Numbered from the stretch's first letter, positions 1 through 13,688 are shown. The stretch: DNA of 64,000 bases from an uncultured virus (IMG/VR IMGVR_UViG_3300025033_000013) (IMGVR_UViG_3300025033_000013); one strand, 5' to 3'. Notes: generated by a model from the letters alone, not told the origin. Translations and numbers: made by a program.

Positions 1-189
1 TACCATGTCCCTCGTGTCCAAATTCAACTTTAAAATGCTTCCTAAGTATTTCTTCTTTTCTCATAATAATAATTATTTTAGTGTGTTTTAAATCCGTAAA
101 AAATCGACTCCATATCTGCGATACGTTATGACCAATACTATATTATACGTTCTAATTGGGTTTTTGTTTCAAAACTTTTTAAAAATTTC

Positions 190-666
190 CTACCTTTTAA
201 TTGTTCTAATATTTAAATTCGGATAAGAACGTTTCAAATTATTAATCTCTAACATAGATTCTTCATCACTAATAAGAATTTCTGTAATATATGCAACAAT
301 TCCGTGCATTTCATCAGTTTCAACTATTTCTTCCATTTCCTCATCTATACCGTAATTAAATGGTTTAAAATTCCATTTCTGACTAATTCTACCATAGTCA
401 AATGATATTCTTGCATTATATCTACCATTGCTATCACCAGCATACTCAATATCCCATAATTTTGGATTCCAAGTAAAGGAAATATTATCATATCCTTTAC
501 CATAAATACCATTAAATGAACCAGATTCTAATGAGTCACCTTTCAAAATTGAATATAATGAATCCAAACCATCAGTAAAATGGTATATTGTTTTACCTTT
601 AACATTCTCATTTAGAAATTCTCTGATTGTCGTTTTTATAAAACTTCTTAATTTGTCGTTTTCCAT
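190..666 (-). CDS. cassette protein with IKTTIREFLNE N-terminal motif, possible ADP-ribosyltransferase-like fold
   Basis: 158 aa ORF with YHFT...ISFT pattern; N-terminal motif shared with other cassette proteins. The fold is inferred. Confidence 0.45.
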   Translation of the reverse strand: MENDKLRSFIKTTIREFLNENVKGKTIYHFTDGLDSLYSILKGDSLESGSFNGIYGKGYDNISFTWNPKLWDIEYAGDSNGRYNARISFDYGRISQKWNFKPFNYGIDEEMEEIVETDEMHGIVAYITEILISDEESMLEINNLKRSYPNLNIRTIKR

Positions 667-783
667 ATAAGTAAATACTTTATCTTATATATAAATATTC
701 ATAATTAAATTTCCCACCGCACATTTTTAAAAAGTTTTGTTCAGTGGTTCTAATCGAGTTTTGTGGTAAATAAACCGTACTGG

Positions 784-912
784 TCATAACAAGGTGTATA
801 TGTAATGGTGGTTTCATCTGTAAATCAACGTTAGTTGTTTCTATGAAGTTCAGTGGTTAATCAAAGCTCGGTTCTTTCTATCCACTACTACATATACACC
901 CAACCGTTAGGC
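784..912 (+). repeat. attC-like site (example)
   Basis: TCATAAC-aa-GGTGTATATG ... CATATACACC-caacc-GTTAGGC. Confidence 0.85.
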
Positions 913-1149
913 GCAATTAAGTCGCTTCTCTTCAAGTTTGTTTATCACTTCAACCCATTGGCTGCTTTCAATACCCATTGCCTCGTCTGTATATACTTCG
1001 TCTGCAAATTCCTTAAACTTTTTTGCAAGTTCTATTGCAGCCAATACATTAGCACTTTCTGACAGCTTACCAGTATATGGATTGTGGTCAGAAGATTTCA
1101 TCATTAAGTTCACTAATTTTTTTGTTGTCATAATTTTAAAAATAACTGC

Positions 1150-1279
1150 GCCTAACAATGTATATAGCAAATTGGGGCGCAATTCCAATAAACTACATTT
1201 GTGCTTTTAATTTACTTTTCTGCAAATTAAAAGGGTAGCACATTTTAATCCCCAACTTGCCATATACTTAACGTTGTGC
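1150..1279 (+). repeat. attC-like site (example)
   Basis: GCCTAAC ... GTATATAGCAAATTGGGG / CCCCAACTTGCCATATAC ... GTTGTGC. Both arm mismatches are A.C on the top strand, so G.T on the bottom strand. Confidence 0.85.
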
Positions 1280-1321
1280 TGCATTAAAACGACACCACAA
1301 CAATAAATAAACAACATAAAA

Positions 1322-1588
1322 TTATTTAATGTCATCTAAATATGATTTCACGAGTTCCCAAAAGTCGTGTTGCTCTTGTGTTTGATTACAAACCTCTTTA
1401 TAACCCCATCCGTCAAGAACTGCTAGTTTATTTAGTTCAATAGCTTTATAAGAGCAACACTTGGCTATGCTATAAATATCAGAAGCAAACAATTCTGCTG
1501 CTTCATCAACTGTGTTTTGCATCTCATTAAATAATTCTTCTGCCACCCATTTAGCATGTGAGTGTTTGCTTCCTTTAAATTTTTTCAT
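1322..1588 (-). CDS. hypothetical protein located inside an attC-like loop
   Basis: 88 aa ORF between arms AATAAACAACATAAAATTAT and ATAATTTTACGATTGTTTATT. Confidence 0.7.
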   Translation of the reverse strand: MKKFKGSKHSHAKWVAEELFNEMQNTVDEAAELFASDIYSIAKCCSYKAIELNKLAVLDGWGYKEVCNQTQEQHDFWELVKSYLDDIK

Positions 1589-1643
1589 AAGTCATAATTT
1601 TACGATTGTTTATTATTGTCCGTTATGCTCCATTGCTAAGGAA

Positions 1644-1871
1644 CTACTCCGAATTAGCATTTGTGGTAACATTTTTATTCTTTTCTTCCTTCGCTTTAAA
1701 ATAAGAAACAAGAATGGTTTCAACCATATTATTAAATGATGGTCTATTCGTTTCATCAATTTCCTTATTTATTGCTTCAACTAACCAATCATTTTTGTCA
1801 GTTAATTTTAATGATATTCGCTTTGCCATAATTTTATTTTTGGAAACCACTTTCTGGTTCATAATTATCAT
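1644..1871 (-). CDS. small ribbon-helix-helix-like DNA-binding protein
   Basis: KRISLKL...RPSFNNMVETIL pattern; likely start at MAKRIS. Confidence 0.5.
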   Translation of the reverse strand: MIIMNQKVVSKNKIMAKRISLKLTDKNDWLVEAINKEIDETNRPSFNNMVETILVSYFKAKEEKNKNVTTNANSE

Positions 1872-2208
1872 CTCCCATTGTTTCTATTAAATCTTCACAT
1901 GGTTGAATGTTTGCAATATTAATATTCCAACGTCTTCCATCTACATTACTTTTACAAACAGCATTCACTTTGTTAATTCTTTCGATTACAAAAGTTTCGT
2001 TTTTAATTTTATCACGACCACCAATATATTTAACGGTCATACCAAATTTTAAAACATCCTTGTTTAATTTACCTTCAATTTGCATTTTCAATTGAAGCAT
2101 TTCAGTTACTCTATTTCTTAACTCCCTAAGTTCAGCAACTGATAATTTGTTTAATTCTGAATTTGTCATACCTTTAAATTTTAAGTTGTTTATTAATTTA
2201 TACGTCAA
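1834..2208 (-). CDS. hypothetical protein
   Basis: 124 aa ORF in the same cassette as the RHH-like gene. Confidence 0.7.
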   Translation of the reverse strand: MTYKLINNLKFKGMTNSELNKLSVAELRELRNRVTEMLQLKMQIEGKLNKDVLKFGMTVKYIGGRDKIKNETFVIERINKVNAVCKSNVDGRRWNINIANIQPCEDLIETMGDDNYEPESGFQK

Positions 2209-2478
2209 AGGTAATACTTTTGTTTCAAATTACCTAATAAATTTGCAAATATTTTCAATATATTTTCTAATATGTTGATAATCAATATAATTATTTTCCC
2301 CATCACACAAAAGAATAAAAATGTTTTTAGTGCTTCGATTGAAGGGTTTGAGTAAATTTACCGCAACGAGAGCATAACAACGTGTATATTCAAGTTTGCA
2401 TCAGCATTTGTGCATAATTCAAGGTCTCTACAAGCAAACCTGAATATACACGCAACCGTTAGCCACAATAAAAAATGG

Positions 2479-2781
2479 CTACTGTTCGAGTTCCATTAAG
2501 GCAAGTTTTTTACCTGCATTTCCATCTTTGCAATCGCCCAAGCAATCAGCAATTCCATCATTAAGCCAGTAATGTATTTCCGTCGTTTCTTTACCATTGT
2601 AGTAGCCTGTTCTTACGCTTGGTCTTAGTGTTGGTTTTTCCAAATCACCGTTCCAAGTCCAAGCATTTGTGCCTTCTCGTGTTCCTTTTGTAATTACAGG
2701 AAGTTGTGTTAATCCAATTTCTTCATTTACTTTAAAAGTCAAGTAATCAATTCCGTTATATTTTTCTAGTTTAGCTTTCAT
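2479..2781 (-). CDS. hypothetical protein (WTWNGDLEKPTLRPS motif, DUF6527-like)
   Basis: Recognisable W-x-W-N-G-x-x-x-x-P-T-L-x-P-S motif. Confidence 0.55.
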   Translation of the reverse strand: MKAKLEKYNGIDYLTFKVNEEIGLTQLPVITKGTREGTNAWTWNGDLEKPTLRPSVRTGYYNGKETTEIHYWLNDGIADCLGDCKDGNAGKKLALMELEQ

Positions 2782-5700
2782 TTACCGCTATTTTTAAAAG
2801 TGGGTAACACAGTATATAAAATATAGCTGTTTTCGCTTCCCACTTGGTTAATATTCTATTTATTTAATTCAGCTCTTAATCGTTGCTTTTCGGCTGTTTA
2901 CACGCTACATTTCATATACTCGGCACGTTAGCCACAATACCCTAACTGACATTTAAGCCATTCATTACAATCACTTTCAGTTCCTTGATACACGCAGTGC
3001 CCATTTTGTTCTACTTGGTATGTATTATTTATTAGCCATTTAACCTCGTACTTATCATCTAAGTAAGAAGTACTGTGGCTAACATCAAATAAAACCAATA
3101 AAAGGTTTTTTGCCTGTTCCGTAGTTATTACATCATTGGCAAGTTCATCTGCTATTTTTAAAATTTGTCGTTTCATATCTTTTACTGTTTTTATTTGCAA
3201 AACGTTAGCAAACATTTACACTAACAATATCTCGTCTGCTTTCTAAATCAAGTCTATCAAACCTTTTTTCTACGTCATTTTTATTCTTACCTTCCAAGTA
3301 AGTTGTGTGTAATGGTTCTAAATTTCCATCCATTAAAAATTCAATCTTAAAACGTTTGCTAACAATGTGTATAGCAAATGCCTTTTGTATTCTTTTGATA
3401 ATTTGTTTCATAATTTCAATATTTTGTATTATTAATTAAGTTCTGTGTAGGCACTTGCCATACACTCGTCCGTTAGGCACAATAAAAATTACTACCATTG
3501 CGTAAATACTTGTTCAAATGTGTAATCAAAAAAGTACATCATGTAAAACACTTTGTACCCTATCCAACATATCGCCTGATACATCACTAATCCGAATGTT
3601 AATGGAATTGAATATTTAGATATATCCCACCATGTTATTTCACCCAAATCAGGCAATATTCGCTTTATTACCCACCATGTACCAATTATTGGTATCAGCA
3701 TCTTATAAATATCGTGTTTTACTTTTTGTTCCATATACGTAATTTTTACAGATGCCTAACAGCAAGTATAAAACATGCCTGTCGTGCATCTAAGTTAATA
3801 TTTATGTTAATTTCAAATTCATTGTTCCAATCAAAGTTTGTGTTGGCACGTTTTATACTTGCGTACCGTTAGCAGAAATAAAAATTACTGCTTTCGTGCT
3901 TCAATTTTAGCTTTCCACTTTTCATAACTTATTCGTTCTCGTTCTGCTATTTTACTTGGTGCGTGTTTGCCACAATACCAATTATTATTTTCAAAGTATT
4001 TAGCATTAAACCCACATATTTCATCAGAAAATCCGTTTATCATTTTACTCATAATCTGCCTACTTGTTTTGTCATTTACAGTAGCAGAACAAATATGTTT
4101 TTCTTTCATAATCCGTAATTTTTACTATCTGCTAACAGCGTATATACAAGATACGCCTACAAGCATTTGTTTATAATTGAAATTTCGTTAAGGCGTACCT
4201 TGTATATACGCAAAACGTTGTGCGTAATGCTAAGATTTGCACTTCGGATGCCGTTTTTTGTCTTTAACCCACTCTTTAAACTCTTTTCGATAATAAGCAA
4301 ACTCAACAATTATCCAAGTAGTTTTTATCTGCCTACCTAATTTATCAAGTAGAAGTTTACTTAAATATCCTACTGCTACTACGCTTCCAATTATTGCAGA
4401 AAGCCAAAAAACTACTAATCCAATCCAATAATAAATTTGTTCCATCGTTTTGATTATTAAAGCACTACGCACAACACGCAATATAAAACATGCTGGGTTT
4501 CTGCGTTATTTAAAGTTTCGTTCATTCTATTAAGTTATTAGTAATTTGATAGTTATGTGGTTTCTATTCCACCACGTTTCATACACAACCCGTTACCACC
4601 AATTAAAGGTTCTCAACCATTCGGAGTATTTCTAAAACAGCCTCACCTTTAAAATGGTTTACTTTATATTGTTCATTAGACCATCTTATTTGTTCTGCTT
4701 TTTCTTTTTCAAACCTTGCTTCATCTGAACATCTATTTGGTTTATATTCTTTCTTTTCCCATTCATTTTGTCGTTGTAAATAATTGTTTTTTTCAACTGT
4801 GTAGTGTATTATTTTATCCTTGATTAAGGAAATCATTTTCCATTTCAAATATCCTTTGTAAATTTTAAACATAATTATTAAATTAACTGGTGGTAACACA
4901 GGCTAAAAAACATAGCCAATAAAGTTCCTACCTATTTTGAAACGTGATTACAAGGCTACGTTTCTTAGCCTCATCGTTGTGTGCCATTAACGCAAACGGT
5001 CTTTAACCTCTTGCTCCAATAGTTGTTTTGCTTTTGTTTTGCAAGTATTGCATTCAATGTAAGAGTACATTACACCGTTTGCACACCATTGAAAAGTTTT
5101 ATTTCTGATGTTACTTTTACATATTGGTTTATTATTGCTATCTACCAAATGTGTTTTTGTTGTTGTTTTTGTGTTTGCAAAATATCCAGTTCTCATAATT
5201 CTAAAATTAACGGCACACAACATTGTATATAGTTAATGTACCAATGAAGGTCAGTGCTTAGTTTAATAGTTTGTGGTAGGTGCACTAACCATATACCTGT
5301 CCGTTATAAAACATAAAATTATTAAGCAAAGATTGTTTCTTCGCCTATTTTAAGTTTCCAACCATTATCAAAACACCAATCTTTAATTTCTTCATCTGTT
5401 GCATTTGAAAAGAAACAATCCATAAACTGTTCTCGTGTTCCTTCAAACATATCACCATTTTCAACTACAATCCAAGTTTCTAAGTTCATAATTTTACGAT
5501 TTTATAACAACAAATATAAAACATTTAAATCAAATTTCCAAATATTTTATCACTTATTTTTATTTTTTAATTATTTTTAGTTATTAATCTGAAACTTGCT
5601 GTGTACTTGCACGCAAATTTCCTTACACGCAAAACGTTGGCACACATTTGAAAAAAAAATGATGATTTATAAAAATAGAAATTATTTTAATAATACATTT

Positions 5701-6214
5701 AGATATAAAAAAGTTGATGAAAACACTAATGATTATCATCCTCCTTTCGTTTACTCACAGTCTGACAATTTAATTTCATCAGACATTACATTCCGAATAT
5801 CTTGTCCAACCATTTCCCAATCGGATTTTAAAGCTTTGTAGTCTGCTTCTTCTCCTGATTTTGAAGTGTTAAATTTATTTGGTTCTCCGAAAATGCTTAA
5901 TACATTAGAAAAACCTGTCCAAAAACTTCTCTTTGGAAACAAAAAGTCTGTCCTTTTATCTGTGTCTATCATTTCTAAAAAATTTAATTCCATAATACTA
6001 ATATAAGTGAAATTGAGTGCAAAAGTAAATATTTTTGACTTAAATTATTGTTAATAATACGAAAATAAAATAACTATTGCCAACACCGTATATAAAAAAT
6101 AGCTAAATAAGTGCTAAACTCAATTTGCTTTACTAATTTAATAACGTTATTTTAGTCGGAAAAGTATGTGCTTATTTACACGCTACTTTTCATATACAAG
6201 ACCGTTGTGCTTAA

Positions 6215-6472
6215 TTATTTTGCTACCATCCGTTCATAAACTACAATAGCGAGTTTTAGCCAACGTGGTATGTCTTTATTTGGTTGAGTAATCGACTTTA
6301 CAGAATCATCACTATTACCAGTTATGCCAGCAATATCGGAGTTAGTTAATCCTAACCCTGATTTCATTGCTTTAAATCTTTCGTGCCAATTCATACATTG
6401 TATTTTTGATTGTGTAAATAACTTATTTCTTCTTCTGTCATTAAATTGATTGTTTCTAATATCTTTTTCCAA
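6215..6472 (-). CDS. small HTH protein
   Basis: LGLTNSDIAGITGNS..SVKS helix-turn-helix pattern; likely start at MNWHERF. Confidence 0.55.
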   Translation of the reverse strand: MEKDIRNNQFNDRRRNKLFTQSKIQCMNWHERFKAMKSGLGLTNSDIAGITGNSDDSVKSITQPNKDIPRWLKLAIVVYERMVAK

Positions 6473-6917
6473 GAATCTTCAATTTTATTAAAATCATCAA
6501 CATTAAAATTTCCTTTGTTTTCAAGGTGAGATAATACATTCATCCACCTTTTACCTTTTACTTCTCTTACAGCAATCATCCAATCAAAATGACAACTTCT
6601 GCACCAGTTTGTAAAAACTTTTTTCTTTCTAGTTTTCATAAGTTATCCTTTCTATAATGTTTAATGTTTTATTTGTATCTGTATATTTTGGCGTATTAGA
6701 AGATTTACTTTCTTCATATTCTTTTTTAGAAATTTTTTCGCCATAAAAACCTTTTTCATAATCATCAAACCTTTTGTTATAAACCTCTGTTCCGTTTATA
6801 ATTCTTTTTGTTATTGTTACAGTTTCCATCTCTATTTGTTTTACTCTGTAAATGTAAACATAAATTTACTAACTACCAAATTAAAGTAAACATATTTTTA
6901 CATAACCCGCAAAATAA

Positions 6918-7121
6918 CTAAAGCACAACATTGATTTGCATTTTTTCATTTACAAGTATTGGACTGAATAAATAGCGTTCCTTAAATGAACTGATTAGCC
7001 TTTTAATGTGCAATTCATTTGGCTTTCTGTTACCAATCAAAGTTTTAAACTTTGAGTAATCCCTACTTGTTTGCACTTGGTTACTATACTTAGCCATTGG
7101 TGCTTGTTTTAATTTATTCAT
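6918..7121 (-). pseudogene. truncated ParB-like N-terminal domain
   Basis: DYSKFK..GNR...PILVNEKMQI ends at the cassette arm, just before the expected DGQHR motif. Confidence 0.5.
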
Positions 7122-8041
7122 TTTATTTATTTGGGTTTTATAACTTCACCTAGAAGTTTTATTTTAATTCTATAAAGGCACTACTGCAAACATCGATTTG
7201 TAAAAATTGCTAATTATGTTTAATTCCATTTGTTCTGGTTTTTTAATTATTTTTATTTATTAATCTGAAAATTGCAGTGTACTTGCACGCAAATTTCCTT
7301 ACACGCAAAACGTTAGTCGCAATTTAAAAACGCCTTAATGTTTGGTAAGTCTCTTATGTGGTCTGCTGCTACTACTTTTCTATGGTACTCCCATCTATAA
7401 TCCTTAATGGCATTTTTATAATGTCTAATTTTCTTAGGTGGTTGCACTCGTCTACTAAAGTTAGTTGCATACATATTCAAACACCAATCTTTCATAGTAG
7501 GTAATTCTTCAGAAATTAAAGCTTGACCTTCTTCGCAGGGGACTAAATAAAAAACCGACCCTAATAAAAGATTTTAGTTCGTTAAGTCTGCTTTCTGCTA
7601 TATAAAAACTTGTGTACATAATTTTCCGTTTTTTTAACTAAGTTTATACTAATCCGTTATGCCTCATTTGCCAACCCACGCTTATGAAAATCATCCTGTA
7701 TCATAAATTCAGTTGTCAAGATATCCCCGTTGCTTATCTGTATCTGAAATTTATTACAGTATTTTAATCTAATTAACTGAATTATTTTACCTCCTTTTCT
7801 TCCAAATCTGTCAGTCCATTTTGGAATGCTTTCTCCTAATCTGAATCCGTAAAGTTTCTTTGTTCGTGTCATTTTTAAAGTTTTATACCACCGCACAAAA
7901 CGAACGCATAACAATGTATAAAAACAATAGGCGTGTCCGTGCAAGTAGGTTGTTTATATTCATTTAATTAACTCTTTCTGGTTGCGAAGTTTAGCGTTTT
8001 AAATCGCCTACTATTCTTATACTTACCGTTAGCCACAAGTG

Positions 8042-8554
8042 CTACGATAGTGCTTCGTAATAAAGATTGTTGCGATTAAATTCAACAACCGAAGAATTAC
8101 CTTCGTATAGAATTTTTGCTTTTTCTAACATATTTTCATCATTAATTGAGTTTTTAATTGCTAATGCAAAATCAGTATTTGATTCAGCTATCCATTGTGA
8201 ATTTGTAGGGACACAACATATAATAGCTTCTTCATATTCTGAAATTATCATACCAGTATAAAATCCTTTTAATCCATATTTCATAACAAATTCATCAGCA
8301 TTACACCAAATACAAACACAATTTTTATCACGTAACAAATAAACCCACGTTGAATCAATTACAAATTTGTTAAATCCAAGTAATCCTTTTTCTGTTCCGT
8401 GTCCTAACATCACAATTCTATCGTGTTCTTTTATTTGTTCTTTCAACACTTTTTTTGATGTGTTTGTATTGATAACAGTCCAATCTTTATCCTTGTATAT
8501 TTCACACAAGAAATCGGTTGTTGAATCTTTCGGATGTATTACTAATGTTTTCAT
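8042..8554 (-). CDS. hypothetical phage protein
   Basis: 170 aa ORF filling a cassette (MLGHG motif). Confidence 0.75.
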   Translation of the reverse strand: MKTLVIHPKDSTTDFLCEIYKDKDWTVINTNTSKKVLKEQIKEHDRIVMLGHGTEKGLLGFNKFVIDSTWVYLLRDKNCVCIWCNADEFVMKYGLKGFYTGMIISEYEEAIICCVPTNSQWIAESNTDFALAIKNSINDENMLEKAKILYEGNSSVVEFNRNNLYYEALS

Positions 8555-9100
8555 TTTAAATTTCGTTAATTAAACCGCACCATATGGCTAACATGGTATA
8601 TAAAAAATAGCCTATGAAAGGTCAGTACATAATATCAAAGTCTGTGGTTAGGCTACTTTTCATATACCTGTCCGTTAGCCACCATTTAAGATGAAGTGGC
8701 TTTTACAATATCACGTTCTTTACTTATTTCAAAGTCATAGTGATAGCTTTCGTTTGTCAAATGTGATAGTGCGTAACTAATTCCATTTTGTCTAATATTT
8801 ATACCAGTTACAAGTCTCTCACATTGTTCAGGGTCTGTTTTTAAATAAACACTATCCCCAATGTCAAAATGGAGTATGTGCTTTTCAAAAACGGTGGCTA
8901 ACACTGTATAACCGTAATTGGCTGGTTTAGTGCTTAATCCATCGTCTGTGCTTTTTATTTTACTTTGTTTTTTATCCATAATTTTCGCTTTTAAATCGCC
9001 AACTAGCGGTTATACTTTAACGTTGTAAAACATTAAAACGATTTTACAACACGGTATATAGTTTATGCCTAATTCCGTGCTGTATAAAAGTTTTGTGCTT

Positions 9101-9403
9101 CTAATCTTTTTCTTTTATTTTTTCTTCCTCCCTTAAAATAATATCTCTAAACATAAAAACTTTAGCTACAGATTCTGGCATCATACGAAGTTTGTTTTTA
9201 ATAGCTTCAAAATCTTCCTTCGTTTCAGCACTTTCAATTTCAGCTTTATATAGTTTCCTATAATGTTTTTTAAGTTTATCAATAGCTTTATCTAAAGCAT
9301 CGTCCAATTCGATGTACTTTTTGTTTACCAAATAAGTGCTTTTAGTTATTTTCTTTTCTGAAAGCATTTTATCATTCCAGTCTAAAGTGTATCCACCTCT
9401 CAT
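9101..9403 (-). CDS. hypothetical protein located inside an attC-like loop
   Basis: 100 aa ORF between arms GGTATATAGTTTATGCC and GGCACAAACCATATACC. Confidence 0.7.
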   Translation of the reverse strand: MRGGYTLDWNDKMLSEKKITKSTYLVNKKYIELDDALDKAIDKLKKHYRKLYKAEIESAETKEDFEAIKNKLRMMPESVAKVFMFRDIILREEEKIKEKD

Positions 9404-10438
9404 AATTTTAGTTCTTTTGCCCTCGCTAAAAAAATAAAAGAAAAAGGGCGGTTAATAATTAAAAGGTTCGTTTTTCAAAAGGCACAAACCATATACCTAT
9501 CGTTATAAGCAATAAAAATTAAACATACACCGCTACTACTGCTAATATCACATCTCCACCACCAAGCCAAGTTTTTGTTTCTAATCGCTTTTCAAGTTCT
9601 TTAAACGTAAATTTTGTAGCATAAAATTGATTGCTCCAATCTTTATTTTTATCATCCCAAAACTTGTCTTTTGTTTTATTCCAAATTACCCAATTCATAA
9701 GTTTAATTTTTACAGCTTATAACAAAGGCTAAAAAGCAATTGCAACTAAGCGTGTTATCAAGCAGTATTTGTTATAGGCAACTGCTTTTAGCCTCAACCG
9801 TTACCCACCATTTGAAGAACGTACTTTCACAATACTTCCGTCAGGCATAAATGCAGGTACAGGAACTACATCACGCTTTCTACCTGTATATCCACATTCA
9901 TGGCATCCACAACCTTTTTGTGGTGTTTGTTGCATTTCTTTTTGTTCTGCACATCCACTACAAGCGTGGCTATACTTGTAAGGGTAAACTAATTCACCGC
10001 AAAACTCTTCCCATTTATGCCTTTTGTCAAGTTTTAGTTTTTTAACGGCATCAGCCACCGAATCAAAAACGGTGGGTAACACTGTATATACGTCAGTTGC
10101 AGTTTGGTGCTTATTCGATACTTTTTCCATTCTATTAAGTTTTCTTTTAAATTGATACGTTCGTGCTTCTAATCGCAACCGAACGCATATACTTCCCGTT
10201 ATGCACAAGTGGCTACATCCGTTTCCTTTTTCAACTTTAGTCCTAATTCATCAGGCTCTAAATAAAATACAGGTGCTCGAAAACCACAAGCACACCATAC
10301 ACCATAGCAATCTTGATAACCTTCTGGTCCGTGCAGTTCGTGTCCACTTTCCTTTTCTAAATGCGAGTATGGGCATTCGTATTTACTGTAATCTGCTTTA
10401 TTTTTCATAATATTTGTCTTTTAAGTCCGCCACCAGAT

Positions 10439-10502
10439 GCATAACAGCACCTAAATCGCAACTCCGCTACGCTCCGCAGCGTTTAGCTGCATCACGTTAT
10501 AG
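10439..10502 (+). repeat. short (~64 bp) attC-like site
   Basis: GCATAACAGCACCTAAATCGC...GCGTTTAGCTGCATCACGTTATAG; size and layout match a classical minimal attC. Confidence 0.85.
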
Positions 10503-10508
10503 CCAATA

Positions 10509-11594
10509 CTACTTTTGTGCTTCGATTGAACTTTCGTAAGAAAAAGAATTTAAAAAATTTTCCCCTCTCAAAAAAGAAAAAATAAAAGAAATCACATCCA
10601 CAGTCCAGCCATTACCAAGCGCCTTAATTGCTTGTGTGTCTGAAATTGAGTTTGTATATCCATCAGGTACAGTTTGCAATCTTTCACACTCTAATCTTGT
10701 TAGTTTTCTAATTACACCCTCAATCTCATATAGTCCCGTTTTTCCACCAATCCCACCGCTATTTGCGTTTAGTGTTGCTGATTTTCCATTGCTTGAATAA
10801 ACTCTATTTCCTTGTGAAAAATTACGCTGTAATAATTTTCCATTATCAAGCCAAAGTTTATGTGTTGGTTTCATTACACCACCCAAGCAAACTAATCCAG
10901 AGTTTGAAGAATGTTTGTCAACAGGTATAAATAGCAAAGTATCTTTTGCAACGGTTGTCATTGCATTGCTTTTTTCTGTACCGTTCAACTCATATTTCTG
11001 AATTACTTTCCCATTCTCATCGTATCTACCTCTTTGTGCTAAACCTAAACTTTGCAATCCATCTTCGGTAATATCTTTTAGTAGGATGGTTTTATCGTTT
11101 GGTAATCCTTTTACTGGTATGTTTGTCCAATAATACCTAACTCTATTTTGTGCTGATACTAAATTTGAGTTTATCATTATTGGCTCTACACCTAAATAAC
11201 TTGAAATTATATTTTGGTATTCCTTTTTCATCTTTACATTTTCCAATAAAAAGTAAGTCGGATTACATTCGTTTTTCAATCTCACAAACTCAAAAAACAG
11301 TTTACTTCTTGGGTCATCAAAGTTTAGTTGCTTCCCTGCAAATGAAAACCCTTGACAAGGGCTTCCACCTATCAATAAATCAATCTTTGGTAAGTCAGCA
11401 CCTTTTACAGTCAAAACACTTCCTAATTGCTTTGTATTTGGATAATTTGCTTGTGTTACTTTTATTGGTGATGGCTCAATTTCAGAAGCAAAGTAATTTT
11501 CAACTTCAATTCCTTGTCGTTCTAACGCAATCTGTCCACAGCTAATACCATCAAACAAACTCAATACATTTATTTTTTCTTTTCCCACGCTCAT
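10509..11594 (-). CDS. DNA (cytosine-5)-methyltransferase
   Basis: Motifs SLFDGISCG (I), GGSPCQGFS (IV), LLENV (VI), QNRVRYYW (VIII) and LGNGW (X). Confidence 0.95.
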   Translation of the reverse strand: MSVGKEKINVLSLFDGISCGQIALERQGIEVENYFASEIEPSPIKVTQANYPNTKQLGSVLTVKGADLPKIDLLIGGSPCQGFSFAGKQLNFDDPRSKLFFEFVRLKNECNPTYFLLENVKMKKEYQNIISSYLGVEPIMINSNLVSAQNRVRYYWTNIPVKGLPNDKTILLKDITEDGLQSLGLAQRGRYDENGKVIQKYELNGTEKSNAMTTVAKDTLLFIPVDKHSSNSGLVCLGGVMKPTHKLWLDNGKLLQRNFSQGNRVYSSNGKSATLNANSGGIGGKTGLYEIEGVIRKLTRLECERLQTVPDGYTNSISDTQAIKALGNGWTVDVISFIFSFLRGENFLNSFSYESSIEAQK

Positions 11595-13688
11595 TTTTTA
11601 AATTCTTTTTTTAGTTCTTCGATTAAAGTTTTGTACTAATTAAACCGTACTGGCTATAACACGTGCTATATGCAAGTTTGCCATTAAGTTTGTTGTAACT
11701 TGACAATTTCTACAAGGCAAACCTGACATATAGCACCATCCGTTGTAGGCAATTAAAATGCTACGGATGGTAAAGTATCTTTTTACAATCTTCGCAATAT
11801 TCCACGAGTTCAGTTGCTGTTCTGCGACCTTTGTGTTCGCATTTTAACTGTTCGCTTCGCCCTACAACAACGGGTATAGTTAATTTTTTAACTAGTACCT
11901 TTAATTCTTCCGTTCTTACACTAACACCAGTCAATTCTTCTTTATCCAATCCTAAACAACTAATCTCGTATTGCAATTGTCCTATTTTATTTTCTATTTC
12001 TTTTATCATAATTTCTGTTTTATTTACCCGTTAAAAAACTAACCATACCCAAAACGTTAGCAACAATAATTAGAATTGTGCTTCTGGAACAGTATATGGT
12101 AATGTTTTGGAATAGCTTAATTCCCATTCATCAGTTCCTCTTCCTATTAATGTTGGTATGTGTCCAATCATATTAAATATCAACTGTTTTGGTTCAACAA
12201 AAACCACATCACTTCCAATACAAGTATGTTTTACTTCTACAATAGCATCTTCATCCAATAAAATATTTGTTTGGTTTTTGATTGACCAAAACTTAGTTCC
12301 TTTGGGAATTAATCTATTTTCTCCGATTTTAATTTCGTTCATAAAATATTACTGTTGCTAACAAGGTATATATGCAATACCTTATTAAGGTTTATACTAA
12401 TATTCAAAGTTCGTGCAAAGGTACTGCATATATACCCAACCGTTGGCACACATACTAAGAAATGTCCGTTATTTCAGTAGTTGTCCTCCAATTCAGTTTA
12501 GGATGTTCATCTTCAAAGTAAGCAATAGCTGATTCCCTGTTTGGTGCTTGTACATTTATTACAAACTTCACTCCGTTTGCCATTCCAGAAAATCGGAAAG
12601 TACGTGTGCCAACACCCAATAAACGCAAAACTTGGTCTGCGAATACATTGGGCGCAAGGTCATCTATCAAAGCCTGTATGTACATCTGTTCTATTTTCTC
12701 TTTCATCGTTCTGCGTTTATTTTTAACGTTATCTTCAATTTTTGCTTTCCCACCCATACCGCTCAAGTACAGGAGTCAGCTTTTGAAGATGTTGCTCATT
12801 CAATTCCCGCCTCCCCTGCAAGTAATGGCTAAGGGTTTTAGTAGGAAGCCCTGCCTCACGTTCCAAACAACGAAGCGAAAGGCAAGGTCTTTCTTTTAGC
12901 CAGTCTTTCATTCTTTAGCTATTTCTAACGCTTTAGCTATTTTTCCATCCAATACCAAACCGCATACCTGAAAACATTCTTCGGTGGGGAGGTCTTTCAG
13001 CCGTGGGCTGTCCTTACCAAAGCGTTCGGTCATGTTCTTTTCTGCCTCTCGGTAGGCTTCCCGCCTATCTTCGTGGTATTGGTAAAAACCTTGCACCAGC
13101 TTATGGTTAAGCATTGTGCATTTCCCCCCGTCATTGCCGTATATAAACCACAATTTGCGAAAGGCATTGAGTTGCTCGTCTGTCAAATTCATAGTCCAAT
13201 TGATTTAGCTGTCATTTTCATGTATTCTTTGAGCGGCATTTTAGCCATTTTTTTTAAACCTTCTTTGATACATGCTTTACAGTATATGGCAAAGACAGGT
13301 TCAATTGCATTCTTTGGTACTTCAAATTCATAAGAGCATTTTTTACATTTCAGCATAACTTTATATTTTAGTGCTTGTACCAACAAAGGTACGCATAATA
13401 TTTGGAAGTACCAAATCAGGTACAAATATATTTTCCCACCGCACGCAAAAACAGAAGATAACAACACCTAAAACGCCATGCCCTGCGGGACACAGGCGTT
13501 TAGCTGCGATACGTTACCATTAATACTACTTCTGTGCTTCTAAATGTGCCTTATTGATTAAGTAGCTTATATAACCGCTTATATTTTCAGTTCCTAATAC
13601 CAAAACAGATAAATTAACTGCTTTCTGTTTGGTATCTTCAGTCATTCATATCGTTATTTTTTATTTTTTGTCTTAATTTATAATAATA